Shown: piece by piece, positions 63,819 to 64,000 of the stretch | How positions within the stretch are numbered: the stretch's first letter is position 1 | Layout of the letters: every line of letters begins with the position of its first letter | Assembly (NCBI RefSeq): GCF_018977255.1 | Contig: NW_024704743.1 | Location: 66,590,001-66,654,000 of the forward strand | Length of the DNA: 64,000 nt | Direction of reading: 5' to 3' | Source: Callorhinchus milii | Taxonomy: Eukaryota | Notes under the pieces: model-generated | What the model was told of the DNA's origin: nothing | The model's input: only the letters and a program-made list of their open reading frames with translations | Databases searched by the model: none | Position numbers and translations under genes: made by a program

Positions 63819-64000
63819 CCCCCTTAGTGTTGACACTGGCTTTGACCCTGTTTTTTACACGATCAAACAATTTACCCTTTAGAATTTCTCTGCAACTAAT
63901 TCCGGTTCTGAATCATTCAATATTGTCCTTCTGCTGCCTGATCTTTCACTGCTGTTGCTCTCAGACAGTTTGGCTTGCTGTTATATGTTAAAAGCCCCAG

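Overview
This is AT-rich, repeat-dense vertebrate genomic DNA, not prokaryotic. The repeat repertoire points to a cartilaginous fish, probably a chimaera or shark (inference). It includes a tRNA-Ala-headed SINE ending in (TAT)n, Deu-domain SINEs, L2 and CR1 LINE 3' fragments, and Penelope-like elements. No intact protein-coding gene is supported, and almost all ORF-track entries are repeat-derived or chance ORFs. The one recognisable gene remnant is a minus-strand exon (about 20274-20740) matching the ankyrin-repeat exon of ASB4, which carries frameshifts and looks pseudogenised. Other notable signals: (1) minimal type I hammerhead ribozyme motifs in Penelope termini, including a palindromic 223-bp element flanked by a 15-bp direct repeat; (2) a 46-bp locally templated insertion inside a SINE; (3) a covarying 3' stem-loop shared by the SINE and L2 tails; (4) an unclassified ~600-bp repeat family that abuts CR1 at the same motif in two places. 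Repeat boundaries are by eye and approximate, and family names need RepeatMasker/Dfam confirmation.
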